From assembly GCA_964016885.1 (NCBI GenBank), contig CAXHJY010001404.1, positions 124,001 to 188,000 on the forward strand: DNA of 64,000 nt. The letters are read 5' to 3'. Position numbers and translations under genes: made by a program. Each line of letters opens with the position of its first letter. Within the stretch, counting starts at the first letter, position 1. The notes beneath the pieces are model-generated. The model worked only from the letters and a program-made list of their open reading frames with translations, did no database searches and was not told where the DNA came from. Positions 24,116-36,340 of the stretch are shown one piece after another. The DNA comes from Eledone cirrhosa. Its lineage: Eukaryota.

Positions 24116-24649
24116 AATATATATATATATAATCATTATTTAAATTTCACTGGTAATCTACATATTCGAGAATGTATCTCTACAAAAATTTCATTAAGAA
24201 ATGTGTATTATTACTAAAGTTATGAGGAAACAAATTCACATATAGATGTGGAGCAGGAGGTGGGAGGGGTACAAAAGTGTAGTTATGTCTAAAACCCTTG
24301 TTCGTGCAACGGCAGTATTCAGTTCCCCTTTTCTACCACATCAGGGAGGGTGATCGCTATTCTTATCGGATCGGTGTGGCTATGCCTATTGTCAACATCA
24401 AACATCCATAGCATACCGGTTCTAATCCAGTTTTTCGTTGATAGACAGACAAGGGAAATGGAGTGAAATGTTTACATTTGTTGTTTAGCTGGGTGTAAAT
24501 AAATAAAATAATTATAAATTATTTAATACGGATATATTTTCTGAGAGAAATTCTGTTCACAATACCATATATATATATATATGTGTGTGTGTGTATATTT
24601 TTTCTATAAATTTGATGTTCTTATGCTGGGGAGTGATGATAAAAACACA

Positions 24650-24740
24650 AAAACAGCGAAACGGCTGATAGATATGAACCGGAAGTAGATTGATGTAGGT
24701 CACAAAACCTCACTTCCTGTTTTCATTCACCATGTAAATA
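24650..24740. promoter_or_regulatory. Candidate promoter with two ETS-type sites
   Basis: CCGGAAGT at 24679-24686 and ACTTCCTG at 24712-24719, in non-repetitive CpG-retaining sequence upstream of the candidate exons. Confidence 0.35.
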
Positions 24741-25029
24741 GTACAAACACGAGATTTTCCGTTGGTTTCTTTTTCGTGTTTTTATTCTTCCTTCCTTCTG
24801 TAACAAATGCTATTGCAAAACATTTTATTACATATTTCAAAGTTGTAATTCTAATTGTATTATCTTTCTTTTTTTATAAATATAGTAACATAACCGTCTT
24901 CTAATAAAATAGAAAGTATTTTATTTTCAATATTTATTGATATATATTTTTTCTTTTAACTCAATAATTTTATCAAGCAACATCGGAGTTTTCATACCTT
25001 TAATTTAATTTCTAATATTTGTTACTGTA

Positions 25030-25225
25030 GAGTGGTGGATTGGCGGAATGGGTAGAACATTAGATAAAATGCCATTGCGGCATTTGTATTGGCTTTTTAT
25101 ATTGAGTTCAAATTCTGCCCAGGTCAACTTTGCTCTTCATTCTTCCGGGATCAATAAAATAAAGTACCAGTGAAATACTGATTTGATTTAATCAACTTTG
25201 CTCGTCCCTAAAATTTACTGGCAAA
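25030..25225 (+). mobile_element. SINE family 1
   Basis: gtggtggattggcggaatgg...gagttcaaattctgcc...aataaaataaagtaccag. Confidence 0.75.
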
Positions 25226-26189
25226 ATAAGATATAAATATTTGTTACCGTTTTTATTTTCAATATTTCCTGATATAAATTGTTTTTCTCTCTTTTATCTC
25301 AATCATTTAATGAAACAAATGTTTTAACGATGAAATTATCATTCTTTTAATTTAATTTCTAATATGTGTATTACCGTTTTATAAAGTAAACAACACTTTT
25401 ATCGTATTGGATAGATGGAAGAAAGCGATCGCTTGATTATTTTACAAGGGAGATAACTTTGGAATTGATCCATCAAACTCCGATACACCGACAGATGGAA
25501 TTATTCTGTTGTAATAAACCTATTTAAAAAAGAAAAAGAAAAAAGAAATTTGCCACAGAGACACCAGAAAAAATATAGACGTTGCAGCAGCTGTAACAAA
25601 GATTCCCGGAAGAAGTCGTAATGTTTGGTACTTTTTTTTTTTTTTTCATTTGAAAGAGAAAACAAACAAAAAAGGATTCCAAATATGTTAAGAATATTGT
25701 TTACATAAAAACGTAAATAAATAATTAAATAAGTCAAATTAATAGATAATTTTTATCTACCCTCTCTCATTCATACATTAAACAATATAATTAATCTATG
25801 TATGGTCGATATTATGGTATCAAGTTAACACTAAATTGTTAATATAAAGACAAATACCGTGCAAGGCGGCTGTAGGGCTAAATTGTGTCACTATTCAATC
25901 CAGCCACCCTCATTCCCATAAATAATAATTGTTTCTACTTTTGGCACAAGGCCAGCAATTCTCAGTACATTACTGGTACTTTATTTCAGCGACTCCATAA
26001 ATAATAATAATAATGGTTTAGGCACAAGGCCAACATTTTTTGGTGGTGGGGAGTCGATTAAATCGACTCCAGTGCTTTACCGATACTTTATTTTATCGGC
26101 CCCGTAATAATTTCTCCTTCCAAAAATAATGATTTCTTTATTAGCCACTAGGACCAAAATACTAAGTACAATAATAGCAATAAAAATAA

Positions 26190-26225
<36 letters not shown>

Positions 26226-26631
26226 CGGTCTTGTGCGCGTATATATATATGTGTATGTGTGCATACATACACATATATATACGCGCACAAGACCACAATT
26301 CTCTGGTGTATGGATGCGGGGGTGTGATCGATTCCGGTTGCTATATTGATACCGGAAAGATGAAAAGTAAAGTTGATACCGGCGAGAGTTGAACTCAGAC
26401 TTTAAAGGGACATAACTAAAAAATATCACACCTACCGTTTCTATCGAGCACAAGGCTGCAATTATATGATTGAAGGTGGGTGGGGATAATTCTAGTCGTT
26501 TAAATTGATTTCAATATTTTACTGGAACTTTATATTATGGAAGCACGAAAAGAAAAATTAACCGCGGCGTGATTTGAACTCAAAGCGAAAATTACCTGAA
26601 CAAATGCCAAACTATTTCTTACAAGACTTGT

Positions 26632-26678
26632 CTTATCTGATGATCCTGAGTGCGCAGGTGAAACCCAAGAGTAACAAG
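26632..26678 (+). ncRNA. Hammerhead ribozyme motif (family H5)
   Basis: cttat CTGATGA t cctg agtgcg cagg t GAAA c ccaaga g TA acaag; stem I has one mismatch; homologue at 43090-43143. Confidence 0.65.
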
Positions 26679-26727
26679 GAACATCACTTAGCCATAATAA
26701 TAATGATAATAATAATATATAAATACA

Positions 26728-26802
26728 CAGGGTGTCCCCCCAAAATGTATACACACTTTTAGAATGCTGTTGAAGTCTGTATACATTTTAGGGGACTCCC
26801 TG
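26728..26802. mobile_element. Tc1/mariner-type mini-MITE
   Basis: TIRs cagggtgtcccc..aaaatgtataca / tgtatacattttaggggactccctg; TA on the right flank. Confidence 0.65.
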
Positions 26803-27223
26803 TATATATATAATGTTTGCACTTTCTAATTTAGATATACAGGTTAGAAATTTGTATGGTATGAATATTGTCTGGTGGTGAAAGGAAGGGTAATTAGGCT
26901 TCCAATTACTCTTTGTGTTGGTATATAGTTTATTAAATCTGTCGCAGGGTGATAAATAACAAAAGTTGAATCCGATGAGATTTGAATGTGATATATTTTG
27001 CTCCAAAGTATATTGCTTACGATAATGAAAACATCTTTTTTTTTTATTAGTGTAGAATACAAATAGAGTTGTGGCGTTCATGCCGTTTTTTAATTAGATT
27101 GTTTTCTTGATTACCAAAAATGTAATTGAAACAAGATAAAAGTTCCTAACAGAAAATCGAAACCGTGTTTCCGACTTTGTCCGCCGATATTTGACAATCG
27201 AATTGTCTTAATAATTTCTTTAG

Positions 27224-27310
27224 AACGACAGAATCTGACGGGCGTGATAGTCATGCTTTCCCAGATGTTATAACATCTTGGAGAGATGAAAATACAAGAA
27301 TGGATATCAG
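27224..27310 (+). other. Possible exon (87 bp)
   Basis: tttctttAG acceptor, cag|GTagcg donor (weak), one open frame TTESDGRDSHAFPDVITSWRDENTRMDI; its phase does not join directly to the 30476 exon. Confidence 0.25.
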
Positions 27311-30300
27311 GTAGCGATCGTGGTTCGCCGGGAGCTTACCTCTACACTTCCCTTTCACCATTACAACTATTGTAGTTGTGGTGGTGATAGTATATATATT
27401 TTTATTAATTGGATAATGGATATATCAAATAATGTTAACGATGATAATAATAGTTTAGTTTTGAGTGGGTCGAGTGAATTCTAGCGTATTAGAATAAAGG
27501 TGTATTACGGTAGATTAAATAAGCCCTAAACTGTATTAAAGATGGCTGTAGTTCTAATCTATGTATGTGTGTGTGGGTTGTGTATTTATACGTGTGTGCG
27601 ATTGTTTGTTTGTCTCTGTGTGTGTACGTGTGTGCGTGACTGCGTCCGTTCGTCGTCTATCATGCAGTCAGGACAAATAACGAAGCGGTCCCCTGTAGGT
27701 ACGCGAGCGATTCCCGGTGTGCTGCTGATGTCTGTCCCTCGTTGGAACTATGGTCTGTTAGCCACCGTCTTCTGTAAACTAAACTTTTCTTTGATAGTGG
27801 CAAATCTCAACAAATGATATGCGGGCCGAGTTGCTTGCCGTACATAATTCTACGTGGTGTAAAATATTTGGGCGACCGTGTTCGTATCTATGAGTGCATG
27901 TATGTATTTGTGTGTGTGTGTGTATGTCTCGTCTGTCAGAGAAACACAATCACGGAACGATCCCTGTAGATAACCGCGATTTGTGGTTAGTGGTGATGGC
28001 TGTCCCTGACTGGAACCATGAGTTCTCAAAACCAGAGCTTCTTCTCAGTGCCAGAGTACCAGAGCAGGTTGAGGTACCATGGGTCTTGTATAGAGATTAG
28101 TGTATTCGTGTGTTTAATGTGCGTGAAAGAGAGGTTGATAGAGATGTGTTTGACCATTCATAGCAGTCAATCACAGAAAGCCATCACTTCGGTCCATTGT
28201 TAATTAATTGCTCTTCAAGTCTTTATATATGTGTGTGTTTGTCGTAATAGTTTTCTTTTTTTTTTTTTTTTTCCTTTAAAAAAAATATCAACTCTGTTTA
28301 TCTTTTTATGTCTTTTTTTTTCTCTTCTTTCTTAAATATTATGTTACGCTGCTAATAAAACAATGAAGTTTTACGTGGGTTAGTGTCATGTAAAAGTGAA
28401 TGATAAACTAGGAGTAAATTCGAAAGCAATTGTGGTTATATTGATGGTGATGATGATGATCTTGTGATTCTATTGATTTATAATATCCAAGCATGAAATC
28501 TTAACTGGGTTTGGAAGAAATGTGATTTTGTGGAGTTCATACCTTTTCTTCACAAAAACACATTTAATGAAGCAAAATTGAGTAATGAAATCAGTTGGTT
28601 AAGAATTTAACTTCTTCACCGGGGTTTTGATTATTTAGGCACAAGCCCCTCGCTATCTCCATCCCCATTATTGTTATTATTATTATTTGTTGCGCATTGT
28701 CACTGCATTACCGAGCGCAGCTCTGTGCGCCTTGGATATGTGCAGTGTTGTTTGTTTGTTTTTTTTTGTCGTGTTTCTATTGTATTGAGAGTACTCTTCG
28801 TAATATGTTTGCAGTGCCGATCGGTGATCATTTTTGCTTTGATGTTTTGATATTGCGAAAGGTTTGTGTCTGTCATGCCTCTCCGGAGTCAGCAAAGTTG
28901 CTGTTTGAACGCATTTAATCACTGGTTTGTTTTGGTCAGAGGCGTTCTAGACATGATCACCCTGTTTTTTGTTGTTGTTTTTATCATATAATAATATGGT
29001 TTTATAAATAGGCCCAGAGTTTTACTAATATTTGTTACATTGAGCCCCAGAAAAGCAAAATCAACTTTTGTGGGATTTGAACTCAGAATGTAATTAATAA
29101 TTATTATGATGATTTCTAACATAGATACAAGGGCTCAAATAATAATAATAACAACAACAGTAATAATAATACTTATGTCATCGTGAATAATTTATCTTGA
29201 TTTGGTACTGGGTTCATTTTGAAGGGTATAATTTAGAGTTTCTTGTGTATTACTGGTACTTATTAACCTTGGATGGGGTAGAAGGACAAATTGAATGTAG
29301 TTCATAAGGCATTAGACTAGCTGGTTTTAAAAGAGTTCAAATTTTTCCCTCAACAGATCATCTCATGTGGTGGTGGTGAATATTTCTAGGGTGGCTATAT
29401 AACATCTTATGGTTTTGGCAGATTAATAATCTTATTAAGGATTTAATTTAGCTTCAATGGTTTATTGCACTTTTATTTAGTCTACAATAAAAGTGCATTG
29501 GAATTTTTTTGTTTTGTTTTATAGAAAAGTTGGTGGTGGTGGTGGCGGAGATAATTATATCACTGAATATTTGTACACCTTGTTGAAGAATTGAATAATA
29601 GAGTGTTTTATTTTCAAGGGTCTTGGGGTTTTTTCCAGGATATTCCTTTACTGTATCTTTTTCTTCTTTCATAATGTATAGATGGGCCAAATGTGTGTCA
29701 GACAAAATGGCTTACAATATATATTTTCCAGTTCCATGCATTCTAAGTTCAAATACCATAACTTTATTATATGGGGTTAATAAATAAGGTACTAGTCTAG
29801 GGCTGTGGATTGGCAGAATCATTAGACCATTGAACAGAATGCTTTGTGGTAATTGTTTCAGCTATGGTAGTAGACTAAATTCATCACCTGGTTAGTTCAT
29901 ATGCGTACATGTCTTAGTACCAGAGTAAATGTTAATGTGTATGGCAATCTTTAGTAGGTAGATAAAATAGACACATACACATGAATTAATTTTTTTTATT
30001 TTGTGTGTTGTATAAAATTCTCTTAAGATGAACTCACTTTTTGCAAATATATACATACATTATGCACACAACATTTGTCCAACCCTTGCTAGCAAGGAGA
30101 ATGGATATTGAATGATGTTGGTGTTGTTCTGTATATTGGTTTCGCATATTTCATCAGTGTGAGCTCTAGAGTGCACAGACTTGGACAAGAATTTTTGTTG
30201 AAGACCAGCTGTCACTTATGCAAGCAAATCTCTTTTCTCAGTACTAATGATGTTGTCGAAGGGAAAAGCAAAATTAATACAACTTAACACCAATATGTTT

Positions 30301-30475
30301 CCAAATACACACATCTATATGTATTTATGTATATATGTATGTATGCTACTGTTGTGCAAGGTTTGCCAATATGAACTAACTTGTCCTATCTGTACATACA
30401 AGTATGTATGTATGTATGAGATTTCATAAATATAAATGTACAGTTTAGTGCTTACTAATGTTTTTCTTTCTTCAG

Positions 30476-30619
30476 TTTCAGCCACTAAACCAACATGGCC
30501 AGACACAATCACAACCACAGGCTACACCGGTAACACAAATACAACACAATCCACATGTATCTCATTCGGATAACAACTCCAATCTGAGTACTGGATCTAT
30601 AGAACTCAAAGATGATGAT
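30476..30619 (+). CDS. Probable internal coding exon of an unidentified host gene (Q/T/H/N-rich low-complexity peptide)
   Basis: Branch-point-like tactaat at 30453, pyrimidine tract and cAG acceptor, GTAAGA donor; 144 bp; only phase 0 is open: FQPLNQHGQTQSQPQATPVTQIQHNPHVSHSDNNSNLSTGSIELKDDD. Confidence 0.6.
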
Positions 30620-31682
30620 GTAAGAAGAAGCATGTTTTCTTTCATTTGTTTCTTTATAGTATTTTTTTTGTTTCTATTTTCTTCTCAATCCCCCTTTCTC
30701 CATCCCTATATCCATCTTCATGCACACATAAAGACCCCTTTGATCACAAGTGACTATGGGTTTTTGCACCGAGCAAGTTCCTCTCCTATATACAATATAT
30801 ATAATGTTGAAGGGAAGGGCAAAAGCTGATTCAGCTTGGTACCAGTGACATCACAACCCATTTTTTCTGGCTCAGTGTACATGAAATAAAATGTCACAAC
30901 ACACCACTTGGTCCAGGAATCAAACTCACAACCTCATGATTGTAAGTCCAATACTCAAACCACTAAGCAATACAAGATCAAATGAATAGGGTAATTGCTG
31001 AAGAATATTTTTATTGTGTCTTGGGACAAGAATTGCCATTGCATTAATTTACCTACCTGAAGTTATTTGTTGTAGACTATAATCCCACCCAGGAAATATA
31101 TTTGATGATGTTTTTCATATCATGCACCGGCAGTAGAGATGGGGGAGACCATGTAGATAAAGGTATTAGAATACCATCTTATAGGTTATCAATCACTAGT
31201 TCATTTACAGGATTCTAAGTAGAGTACTTCATTCTACACTACATCAGTCCACCTGGCTGTTTAGAACAGATATCAAGTCATGTAGGAATCTTACATGCTT
31301 TAAAACTGATGTTTCACACCTGGACTTTGCAACGGTAGTACTGGGGACTGCATGATCAAAATTATATGTAGTACATTAAAAATATATGTACATACTATTG
31401 AGTATCCATTCTTCAAAGTATAATATTTCTTTCTTTTGATTGTTATTTTCATCATATAACAAACTGTGGGGTGGTGGGTTAAAATGATTTAAATAGAAGG
31501 TGTATTAGTATTGAAAAGGTTGGGAATCCCTGTTCAAGAGCCTTTGTCTTCTCTAGGGGTGGGGGTTGAATTTCTCATATTTTAATGCTATTAAATCAGA
31601 GCTATTCACCATCTTATTAAAGACCCTTGGAGGTGTGCAATATATATATATATATATATATAAAATATACACATACAATGTG

Positions 31683-32025
31683 AAGGCGTGTGGCTTAGTG
31701 ATTAGAGAATGGGATTAATAATTGTGAGGTTGTGAGTTTGGTACCCGGACCAGGTGATGCGTTGTGTGCTTGACCAAGACGCCCTGTTTCACATTCCTCC
31801 AGTTCACTCCGCTGTAGAAATGAGCTGTGATGGTACTAATGCCAAGCTGTTTAAGCCTTTGCCTTTCCTTTGGATAACATTGTGGCATGGTGAAGGGAGA
31901 CAGGTATGCCTGGGCAACTGCTGGTCTTCCGCAAAAACACCTTGTCCAGGCTTGTGCCTCAGAGGGGAACTTTCTTGGTGCAAAACCCATGGTCATTCAT
32001 GACCAAAGGGGGTCTTTACCCATGT
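31683..32025 (+). mobile_element. Full-length SINE family 2
   Basis: tRNA-like head ggcgtgtggcttagtg.., CORE-like tgtgtgcttgaccaagac..tttcacatt..ccagttcactc. Related minus-strand copies at ~30740-30970, 34310-34545, 39905-40160; plus-strand copy at 39560-39835. Confidence 0.7.
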
Positions 32026-32063
32026 ATACATAGACACACACACATATATATATATATGATATA

Positions 32064-32566
32064 TGCTGACGAAGAAGGGTTTCTCCCTGCGTACGAAAGG
32101 CCGGTTATATGATGCCTGTGTGAGGAGCGCGATGCTGCATGGTAGTGAGGCATGGGCAGCAACTGCAGAGGATATGCGACGGCTGGAGAGAAATGAGGCA
32201 AGCATGCTCCGTTGGATGTGCAGTGTAAATGTGCGTGAACAACCCAGCATGAATGTGTTGAGAGAGAAACTGTGTCTGAGAGGGATAGAATGTAGTGTAC
32301 GGGAGAGGAGACTGAGGTGGTATGGACATGTGATGCGCATGGAGGATGACCGATGGGTGAAGAAGTGCCAAGAAATGCCAGTTGAAGGAAGACGTGGTAG
32401 AGGTAGACCACGAAAAACATGGGTGGAGGTGGTGAGAACAGACCTCAGATCGTTGAAGCTCACGGTGGAGATGACGAAGGACCGTGACGAGTGGAGAGAT
32501 GCTGTGCTGAATAAGACCCGTCCCACCCTTGCAAGCAGGGAAGAGCGGACGTAAAATGATGATGAT
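32064..32566 (+). mobile_element. RTE family B 3' fragment
   Basis: 163-aa ORF nearly identical to 17015-17490; (GAT)n tail. Confidence 0.92.
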
Positions 32567-33045
32567 GTGTGTGAGTCATATTGTATATATATATATATGT
32601 GTATATATCATTGTATATATTTGTGCATATATATATTTTTTTTTTTTTTTCACACTCAAGTGTTCATACAGGTGCCACCGACAGTAATTAACAAGCATTA
32701 CTCAGTAACTAACACTACACACACACACATCATCATCATCATCATCATCATCATTGCCGTTTAACATTTATTTTTCATGCTTGCATGGGTTAAACAGGTT
32801 GTTATGTTATGAGACTAGTCAGATCAGGTGACCTGCCTTGTTCATATGAATCTGTTTTTTGGCTTAGTTTCTATGGCTGGATGCCCTTCCTAATACCAAC
32901 CACATATGGCACCAGAATGACCACCTAGCAGGGTGGACTAGGTGCTTTTTCATTATGGTACCAGCGCGACCGCCTTATAGGGTTAAGTATTAAACTAATA
33001 TGTCATTATTGTATTCTCCTATGTTATTTTTCCTTGTTGACTTTT

Positions 33046-33085
<40 letters not shown>

Positions 33086-33424
33086 GCACCACCAACAAGA
33101 TTCAACATAAACGAAGATGGATGAGTTGCATAACGTTGAGTGCTTTTCCTAATATTACATCACAGTTGACTATACGGAATGACCAGTTCTATCAAGTGGT
33201 GAACCAACAATCCTAAATGAATATATATATATATTCATTTAGATAGAACTGGTCATTCCGTATAGTCAGCTGTGATGTAATATTAGGAAAAGCACTCAAC
33301 GTTATGCAACTCATCCATCTTCGTTTGTGTTGAATCTTGTTGGTGGTGCGAGAACGGAGTTAATTATTATTGAGTAAAATGACAGGAGGCTGGACTGGTG
33401 AAATACCTTCAAAGATTTATTACA

Positions 33425-33484
33425 AACACTATGCATATTTCAATGACCAGGTTCCGTAGGATCCTGGTGACATCATCAGGTGTT
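33425..33484 (-). ncRNA. Minimal type I hammerhead ribozyme motif
   Basis: Minus strand: aacac CTGATGA tgtc-accagg atcctacggaa cctggt-catt GAAA t atgc a TA gtgtt. Confidence 0.85.
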
Positions 33485-33634
33485 AATTGTATAAAAGCTA
33501 TATAATAAAAGAATAATGATAAACACAATCCAAGCAGAGAGGAATGTTTGAAACCCGAAGGCAGACAGGGCCAGCTGTTGCCAGTCTGGATGACTGCCTT
33601 CTATATTCCTTTATTGGATAACTTTTATATAATT

Positions 33635-33695
33635 AACACCTGATGATGTCACCAAGATCGCTACAGAACCTGGTCATTGAAATGTGCATAGTGTT
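33635..33695 (+). ncRNA. Minimal type I hammerhead ribozyme motif
   Basis: aacac CTGATGA tgtcacca...tggtcatt GAAA t gtgc a TA gtgtt; stem I aacac/gtgtt is perfect. Confidence 0.8.
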
Positions 33696-36059
33696 TGTAA
33701 TAAATCTTTGAAGGAATTTCACCAATTCAGCCTCCTGTCATTTTACTCAATTATATATATATAACTAAGAGCTTCATTGGCCTTAACTAGAATGTAAACA
33801 AATCTAAATCTACTTACTATTCACAAACTCAAGGAAACATAAACCATATTCCTACAATGAACCCCATCCATCATACATACAGATACTGCACAAAACATAA
33901 ATTAAATCCAAACATATCCTTCAAAACCATACCCTAGTAAAGGAACAACCAACCTACTCCAATTACTGGTATGGGGATGTTGGATATAAACAGGCTGCAG
34001 CCACCATATTATGTAGTTTCTATATTAGAGTTTATAGGTGCACACATCAGTACAGGACCACGTCAGCTCTATGTTAAGTATTAGTTCTATGAGTGTCAGG
34101 GGTTTCATGGTAGGATTACTGTTTACTTCAACACTCACACCATGACCAACACAGTATAAATTCAGAGATAAAATGCATCAGTGGCCTCGGAAATAAGAAC
34201 ATTGTTGTCCTTAGTTTAGTGAAAAAAGGGCCCAGTATGCATCCAGAAATAAATGTTAATCAGAGATCAAACCAATTGAAATTAGTTAAAGTTTGTCTGA
34301 AGCCTAGAAGCTCCTCTGGTTAGTGCTCATCCTGGTTTCCTTGGCATTAAGCAACTGAGAGTACAAGACTCCTCACTGGACAGGATATTGGTCCATCACA
34401 GGGTTAACTCCCAGTTAATGCTGGTACTCATTTTCAGCTTAGTGTACTGGAGCAATGTGAAATGAAGTGTTTTGCTCAAAAAAACAACAAACCCATGACA
34501 TTAAGATTGTAAATACTACACCATTACCACTAGGCCATGCATCTTCTTTAATTAAAATACAGTGTAGATGTAAATATTGAAAAATGTTTCATCACTAACA
34601 ATGATGTTCATAGTTTAAAGATTTGTAATAGGTTTCCAAAAGTGTCTGGAAGTAATATGAACCAAAAATTTATATTTCACCTCCTGAATTGTCTATGAGT
34701 AATTTCATTTTTTCAGTGTACACATAGAAACCAATAGAAAGGTGTGATGATGTTGATGTGTTTGTTTGTGGGTATGGTGAAATTGCAACACATAACTAGG
34801 TGTGTACACATGCAGGGATGTCTCGTAGTTTATTGTTGCTGATGTTTAAACAAATCTCTGATCAAAAGTATTCAGCCATACCAACCATGACTATATTGTT
34901 CAATATATCCTTTCTCTTTTTAAGACTGTACTATGTAATTTGAAGGAAATTTAACTGTTGTTTCTAGCAGTTTGGGCACAACCATGTAGAGGCTCCCTCA
35001 TTGTGTTTTATTTTTTTGTTTGAGGACTAAAAGACTGAAGTGTAAGTGCTTATACTGCTCAATAGAAAAGTTACAGAGGGAAATGCTTATCATCATCATA
35101 TGTGCATTTCTAGTATTGGTTCGATAGGCTACCACACTCTGAGAAAATTCTTATTTTGACTTACTGCCCTCATATGTTCCATTTTTAGCATGGTTTCTAT
35201 CAGTGGATACTCTTCCTAACACCATCCAATTTACAGTCTACTGTGTGTGTTTTCTTGTTGCACCTACACTAGAGAAGTTACCATCTCTTTGGGTAGACTC
35301 AGTCATCCTCTTGACTCTACATTGTCTTCACTTGTTCATCAGCCACTTTCCAGTATGTAGCAAGTACATATCATTGAAGTACTGCAGAGCTAAACAGTCC
35401 TCACTACTCTATGGTATCTCATTTCCTACAATGCAACACAACCAAAAGATTAAATAGAAGAGAACAATGGCAGGTGAGAACACCTGCATGATGGTGGGTG
35501 ATACATGCTAGGATAATAGAGGAGGGAATAATAGATAAAGAGACTGTATTAGATCTCTAAATGCAATTACAAAATCTATTCTGATAGTTTCTTCTCTCGC
35601 ACATATCACCTATGGGATTCTCTTCTGACATCTTGCTTTCCTGTCCTTGACAATTTGCAAAAATTCAAAAGCAACAATTGTCATCTTTTCTCTCTTTGAA
35701 TTATATTCTTTCTGTCTTGTCCTTTTCATTCTCAGTAACTCTTTTTTGCCTTTTAATAACTTTATTGCTTTGTTTGGGGTGAGCCAAAAAAAAAAGTGAG
35801 TAATGGAAAAGAAACAGTGGGGCAGTTACATGTTTTTTGGTGAGAGAGACAGAGCCAAAGTAATGGATGTCAGTAATATGGATGATGGGAAGGTGTATTG
35901 GATATGGTAGATCTAAAGCTATCCCTCATACATAGATATCTTGATGTATGAGAGAGAGAAGTGAGATAATAAGAAGGGGAGTAGGGGCAGGGGAATAGAA
36001 TAAGGACAGGTTTAGTGTCAGACCTTGTTATAAAGGTTGTGGGGTGCAGTGAATAGGAG

Positions 36060-36340
36060 AGAGCGTTGGACAGATCCAATCCCACTTGTAGTTGTACAGG
36101 TAACATGTTACATTGAGCAGGTGAGAAGGTGAGTTAGATGTTCAAACAGGTCCTACACTACCTGTAGTTGTATAGGCAGCATATTACATTGACCAGCAGA
36201 GAGGTTCAGACAGGTTCAATATTCCCTGTATTCATATGGGAAACATGTTACATTGACCTGAAGAGAGAATGAGTTAAAATAGGTTCAGATTGGTCTGATA
36301 TCACTTGTAGTTGTACAAGCAGAATGTTACAATGACAGGC
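36060..36340. repeat. Degenerate ~60-bp tandem repeat
   Basis: Recurring cttgtagttgtacagg...catgttacattga units. Confidence 0.6.

Larger units (their letters stand above)
33082..33751. mobile_element. Compound fold-back element (family H6) with two oppositely oriented hammerheads
   Basis: Inverted repeat 33082-33353 centred on a TA tract, immediately followed by inverted repeat 33369-33501/33617-33751; TA flanks. Confidence 0.85.
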
